From NCBI RefSeq assembly GCF_963921235.1, contig NC_086097.1, positions 222,334,001 to 222,398,000 of the forward strand: a stretch of 64,000 nucleotides of DNA, given 5' to 3'. The stretch comes from Mobula hypostoma. Taxonomy: Eukaryota. Position numbers and translations under genes: made by a program. This document shows positions 60,021 to 64,000 of the stretch, piece after piece; position 1 is the stretch's first letter; the number at the start of each line of letters is the position of its first letter. Under the pieces are notes generated by a model. The model made no database searches. It was not told where the DNA came from and saw only the letters and a program-made list of their open reading frames with translations.

Positions 60021-60272
60021 TAAAGAAGGTTGGGGGAGGGTTGGAAGGAGAAGGCCGGTAGGTTCCAGGGGAAAGAACCTACCAGCCTTCTCCTTCCCAC
60101 CCTCCCCCCACCTTCCTTATAGGGGCTCTGCCCCTTCCCTCTACAGTCCTGACGAAGGGTTCTGGCCCGAAACGTCGACTCATCGTTTCCACGGATGCTG
60201 CCCGACCTACTGAGTTCCTCCAGCGTGTTGTAAGTGTTGCTTTGACCCCAGCATCTGCAGAGTATTTTGTGT
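60021..60272 (+). mobile_element. PLE pseudo-LTR fragment with short inverted 5' arm
   Basis: 60021-60065 is the inverse of 60075-60120. The remainder matches the reverse complement of 50816-50980. Confidence 0.85.
60145..60180 (+). ncRNA. Minimal type I hammerhead ribozyme motif in PLE terminal repeat
   Basis: AGTC-CTGACGA-A-GGGT-TCTG-GCCC-GAAAC-GTC-GACT: stem I AGTC/GACT, core CUGANGA and GAAA, stem II GGGU/GCCC, palindromic ACGU stem III, GUC cleavage triplet at 60174-60176. Confidence 0.75.
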
Positions 60273-60639
60273 CCGCAATTTGTAGTTAGAGGTGGACCAA
60301 GCACTTTGATTTCTCTATAAGTTACAAGATGAGTGCTGTTACTGTAGTTACCTATGCCAATAAAGCTAATAAAAGTACTTGGTTGCCATGCGATTATGCA
60401 TAGAAATTAATGGACATTATGAAATTGCTGAATTTATGACATTAATATTTCCATTACAGTTACAGGATATTCATAATTAATGTAGTTGAAAAATTCTGAG
60501 TTAATGATGCATGTTCTGATATAGTACTTGGAATTCAGAAAAGGAACAATAAAGTTCTGCCATCTCTATCCAGTAGTAAGTGAATTTACCTTGAGGTTTC
60601 CAAACCTTTAATGTCTTGGAAGTATCTGTGTGCCAGGAT

Positions 60640-61758
60640 GACTTACCCCTGACATCTCTTCTGTACCTACTTCTAAGCACCTTAAAACTGTGCCCTCTCG
60701 TGCTAGCCATTTCAGCCCTGAGAAAAAGCCTCTGACTATCCACAAAATCAATGCCTCTCATCATCTTATACACCTCTATCAGGTCACCTGTCATCCTCCG
60801 CCACTCCAAGCAGAAAAAGTCGAGTTCACTCAACCTATTCTCATAAGGCATGCTTCCCAATCCAGTCAACATCCTCATAAACCTCCTCTGCACCCTTTCT
60901 ATAGTTTCTACATCATTCCTATAGTGAATTGACTAGAATTGAGCATAGTACTTCAAGTGGGGTCTGACCAGGGTCCTATATAGCTGTAACATTAACTCTC
61001 AGCTTTTAAACTCAATCCCACGGTTGATGAAGGCCAATGCACCAAATGCCTTCTTAACCACAGAGTCAATGTGCGCAGCAGCTTTGAGTGTCCTATGAAC
61101 TCGGACCCCAAGATCCCTCTGATCCTCCACATTGCCAAGAGACTTACCATTAATACTATATTCTGCCATCATATTTGACCTACCAAAATGAGCCACCTCA
61201 CACTTATCTGAGCTGAACTCCATCTGCCACTCCTCAGCCCAGTTTTGCATCCTCTCGATGACCCACTGTAACCTCTGACAGCCCTCCACACTATCCACAA
61301 CACCCCCAACCTTTATGTCATCAGCAAATTCACTAGCCCATCCCTCCACTTCTTCATCCAGGTCACTTATAAAAAATCACGAAGAGAAGGGATCCCAGAA
61401 CAGATCCCTGAGGCACACCACTGGTCACCGACCTCCATGCAGAATATGACCCATCTACAACCACTCTGCCTTCTGAGTGCAAGCCAATTCTGGATCCACA
61501 AAGCAAGGTCCCCTTGGATCCCATGCCTCCTTACTTTCTCAATAAGCCTCACATGGTGTACCTTGTCAAATACCTTGCTGAAATCCATATACACTAAATC
61601 TACTGGTCTACCTTTATCAATGTGTTTAGTCACATCCTCAAAAGGCACGACCTGCCTTTGACAAAGCCATGCTGACTATTCCTAATCATATTATACCTCG
61701 CCAAATGTTCATAAATCCTGCCTTTCAGGATCTTTTCCATCAACTTACCAACCACTAC
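60640..61758 (-). mobile_element. Degraded CR1 RT/3' fragment
   Basis: VYMDFSKVFDKV, SEFADDIKVGG, WQMEFSSDKCEV, RRMTGDLIEVYKMM. Confidence 0.85.
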
Positions 61759-63189
61759 GTATTATACTTAAATTGAAACATGACATGGCTATAGTTGCAT
61801 TGTAGATTTAAGGTATAGCAAACAGAATGGACAAATGGGAGTGAGTAGATGTACTCTATGTGGATTTTCAGAAAGGTTTCACTAAGGTATCACGTTAAAT
61901 GTTAGGACATAATTTAACACCACAAGTGGTTGGGGATATTATGTTTTCAAGGAAAGTGGAATGGCTAACTTGTAGAAAACAAAAAGTAAAAATGAGTAAT
62001 TTTTGGAATTGCAAATGGTTATGGTTGGGTGCTGCCGGAGTCAGTACTGAACCCAACCTGTTTAAAATGTGTTCTAATGACTTGGTGCCTTTCTCAAAGT
62101 CAATTCATTTTCTAGATCATGACATCTGTCAACTTTTAAGCAGTTTGCAGAACAAATACGATGTTATATGAATGAGAATTTATCTTGTTCAATAAAAGTG
62201 GTTTTCTTCAGGATCCATCATTCTCCAACTGCATTTGGTTCATTGTCATTGATCTCCTTGACCGTGATGAAGTCTTAATTATGCAGAATAGTCCCTAGAT
62301 ACTACATCTATGGATCCTCAGCATCTATATCAGACAGGCTTATGCCAAAAAGCATTTGTATATATAAATGTGAGGAGAATAATTTTAGATTTCCTTACTG
62401 AAGTATATCTTAGCTGGCTAATTTAATGTATTAGTAACTATTTTTTTCCTAGGGATTTGCTTAGTAGAATTCTGCATTAAAAATGATATACAGCTTTCTT
62501 TAAACTTTTCAAATGATTACAATTTAGTTTTCTTTCTACTAATAATGATACAAATATTTTTTCTCTGAGTGTGTCTGCATGTGTGTTTGTGTGTGTATAT
62601 ACTTAGCTCTGTGCCTCACTCTGTCAAGACAATGCAGTAGCTAGTGTGTAATTGCCTCCCCACTTATTCAAGCAATTGAAGTATAGGTCCAGTAACTTGG
62701 AACAGATGTAGAAGCAAGTCATTTTTGACCCTGATGAACTAACAAAGAGAAAGAAGAGCATGTAAGTCATCCTTTCTGGGCATGCGTCTGTGCAGCTTGA
62801 ACATTATTCTATCCTACAGAGATACCCATACACACCGAATAATGCAGTTATAAATACATCGAGTTGGAGATTGTGACCAGAAAATCTCAGCTTCGCCGAA
62901 TTCATTAGTAGCTAAGTATAAATCATGATTTTCTCAAAGTATAAGACAAGATCATTCACTTCAGCCTGTCTCAAGAGTCTAAATGACAGATTTTCCTTCT
63001 GACCTGATATGGTTTCTTGATGCTAAATGCAAATATCTCCATTCGTTGTGGATTCTGAAATTTATACAATTTGCTTGTAATTGCTTTTAAGAGAACATTT
63101 TTTCTTGCCATCCAATTTTAGCCTATTTCTTAAGTACAAATCGAAACATGAAAATTTTGGGTATACTTTGATAGCTGATAACCATCAAT

Positions 63190-64000
63190 TAATTGAATTC
63201 ACATTATTACTTATGTCCTTCATATACATGAAAAGTAAAAACCTTTACATCTCCATCTAAATGTGCAATGTGCAATTTATAGCAATTTATAATAAATAGT
63301 ATGTACAACAGGATAGTCAATATAACATAGAAATACAGTTGTATCAGCATGAGTTAAGCAGTCTGATGGCCTAGTGGAAGAAGCTGTCCGGGAACCTGTT
63401 GGTCCTAGCTTTTATGCTGCGGTACCATTTCCCAGATGGTAGCAGCTGGATCAGTTTGTGGTTGGGGTGACTCAGGTCCCCAATGATCTTTCGGGCCCTT
63501 TTTACACACCTGTCTTTGTAAATGTCCTGAACAGTGAGAAGTTCACATCTACAGATGCGCCAGGCTGTCCGCACCACTCTCTGCAGAGTCCTGCGATTGA
63601 GGGAGTAAAATTCCCATACCAGGGCAGTGATGCAGCCAGTCAGGGTGCTCTCAATTGTGCCCCTATAGAATGTTCTTTGGATTTGAGGGCCCACACCAAA
63701 GCTCTTCAACGGTCTGAGGTGAAAGAGGTGCTGTTGTGCCTTTTTCACCCCACGACTGGTACGTACAGACCATGTGAGATCCTCGGTGATGTTTATGCTG
63801 AGGAATTTAAAACTGTTCACCCTCTCAATCCCAGATCCGTTGATGTCAATGGGAGCTAACCTATCTCCATTCCTCCTGTAGTCCACAATCAGCTCCTTTG
63901 CCTTTGCGACATTGAGGGAGAGGTTGTTTTCTTAACATCACTGTGTCAGGGTGATGACTTCTTCTCTGTAGGCTGCCTCATTATTATTTGAGATTAGGTC
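63190..64000 (-). mobile_element. Rex1/Babar-type LINE 3' portion (runs off the window end)
   Basis: ORF 63371-63886: IERVNSFKFLSINITEDLTWS...LLPSGKWYRSIKARTNRFPDSFF. Same family as 28600-31289. Confidence 0.88.

Noticed and set aside
62711..62930. Possible small exons (KQVIFDPDELTKRKKS followed by GTAAGT; acceptor-like CCTACAG at ~62819)
   Set aside because: The first lacks a polypyrimidine tract, the second has stops in all frames, and neither peptide is recognisable.

Overview
Eukaryotic, repeat-dense, intron- or intergenic-type DNA, most likely from a cartilaginous fish (inferred from the mix of CR1 LINEs with 8-bp microsatellite tails, HE1/V-domain SINEs, Rex1/Babar, RTE and Penelope families). 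I cannot identify a host protein-coding exon with confidence. Almost every ORF in the track is either a transposon fragment or an antisense shadow of one. The window is a layered stack of nested insertions: many CR1 LINEs (one 5'-truncated copy keeps an uninterrupted ~795-codon ORF2), Rex1/Babar, L2 and RTE LINEs, Penelope-like GIY-YIG elements whose terminal repeats carry hammerhead-ribozyme motifs, two IR/DR-type Tc1 transposons, three solo LTRs plus a Gypsy integrase/LTR remnant, hAT and Tigger-like MITEs, and several tRNA-derived SINEs. Many junctions show readable target-site duplications (TSDs), so insertion order can be reconstructed. I found no evidence for a new protein-based system. 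The most notable observations are an apparently intact minimal hammerhead at 60145-60180, twin-priming-type 5' inversions in a CR1 and a Rex1 element, a TSD-bounded inverted Penelope insertion, and a ~650-bp non-coding retroelement family present twice, each time in or at an inverted Penelope structure. All family assignments are by eye, without database searches, and boundaries of old degraded repeats are approximate.
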